DNA of 63,663 bases, counting the filler, from Octopus bimaculoides (lineage: Eukaryota), in assembly GCF_001194135.2 (NCBI RefSeq). It is 5 parts of 5 records of this genome, joined end to end, with 100 filler letters (N's around TTAATTAATTAA, not from the genome) between each part and the next. Parts side by side here need not be neighbours in the genome. Positions count along the whole stretch, not along the records: positions 60,133 to 63,663 come from NC_068992.1; 4 more parts are not named here. One strand, 5' to 3'. The notes below the pieces were generated by a model. That model made no database searches. It saw only the letters and a program-made list of their open reading frames with translations, and was not told the DNA's origin. A program made the position numbers and the translations under genes. Below are positions 63,541 to 63,663 of this stretch, piece by piece; position 1 is the first letter of the stretch, and each line of letters starts with the position of its first letter.

Positions 63541-63636
63541 AAGGACTTTCCGTATTCCCGAGCGTCATACTAATACATCCTTTTGTTGTTTACACCACCT
63601 GTCCTCGTCTGTTGTTGTTTTTTCGTACATTCTCCC
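63541..63636 (+). mobile_element. Family H1 copy 3, starting at the predicted HHR cleavage site
   Basis: AAGGACTTTCCGTATTCCCGAGCG...TCTCCC aligns from position 25022 to 25116; (TA)n on both sides. Confidence 0.85.
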
Positions 63637-63663
63637 ATATATATATATATATATATATATATA

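Overview
This is AT-rich, microsatellite-dense eukaryotic non-coding DNA with about 5 kb of N gaps. The SINE families and repeat texture resemble an octopod (Octopus-like) genome; this is pattern recall, not a database result. I found no credible host protein-coding exon, rRNA, true tRNA or CRISPR array, and nearly all ORFs in the supplied track are microsatellite or gap artefacts. The window is a transposon graveyard. It holds at least four tRNA-derived SINE families (several with clean target-site duplications), four RTE-type LINE fragments, two R4/Dong-like restriction-endonuclease LINE fragments and a Vingi/Ingi-like LINE. It also holds one clear and two degenerate Penelope-like (PLE) fragments, a near full-length degenerate mariner, several mariner derivatives/MITEs, a rosa/maT-like Tc1-mariner fragment and a Helentron-type non-autonomous element. 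The most interesting signal is a set of type I hammerhead ribozyme (HHR) motifs from several sequence families. Three have intact catalytic cores (25679-25737, 36947-37018, 42970-43006, all minus strand), two have one core substitution (24990-25026, 34959-35004), and several more are degenerate. They sit in short non-autonomous repeats with direct and inverted repeat architecture. One family has three copies, and one copy (63541) begins exactly at the predicted self-cleavage site, suggesting a ribozyme-processed, PLE-mobilised short retroelement (retrozyme-like) system. All folds were done by eye and activity is untested.
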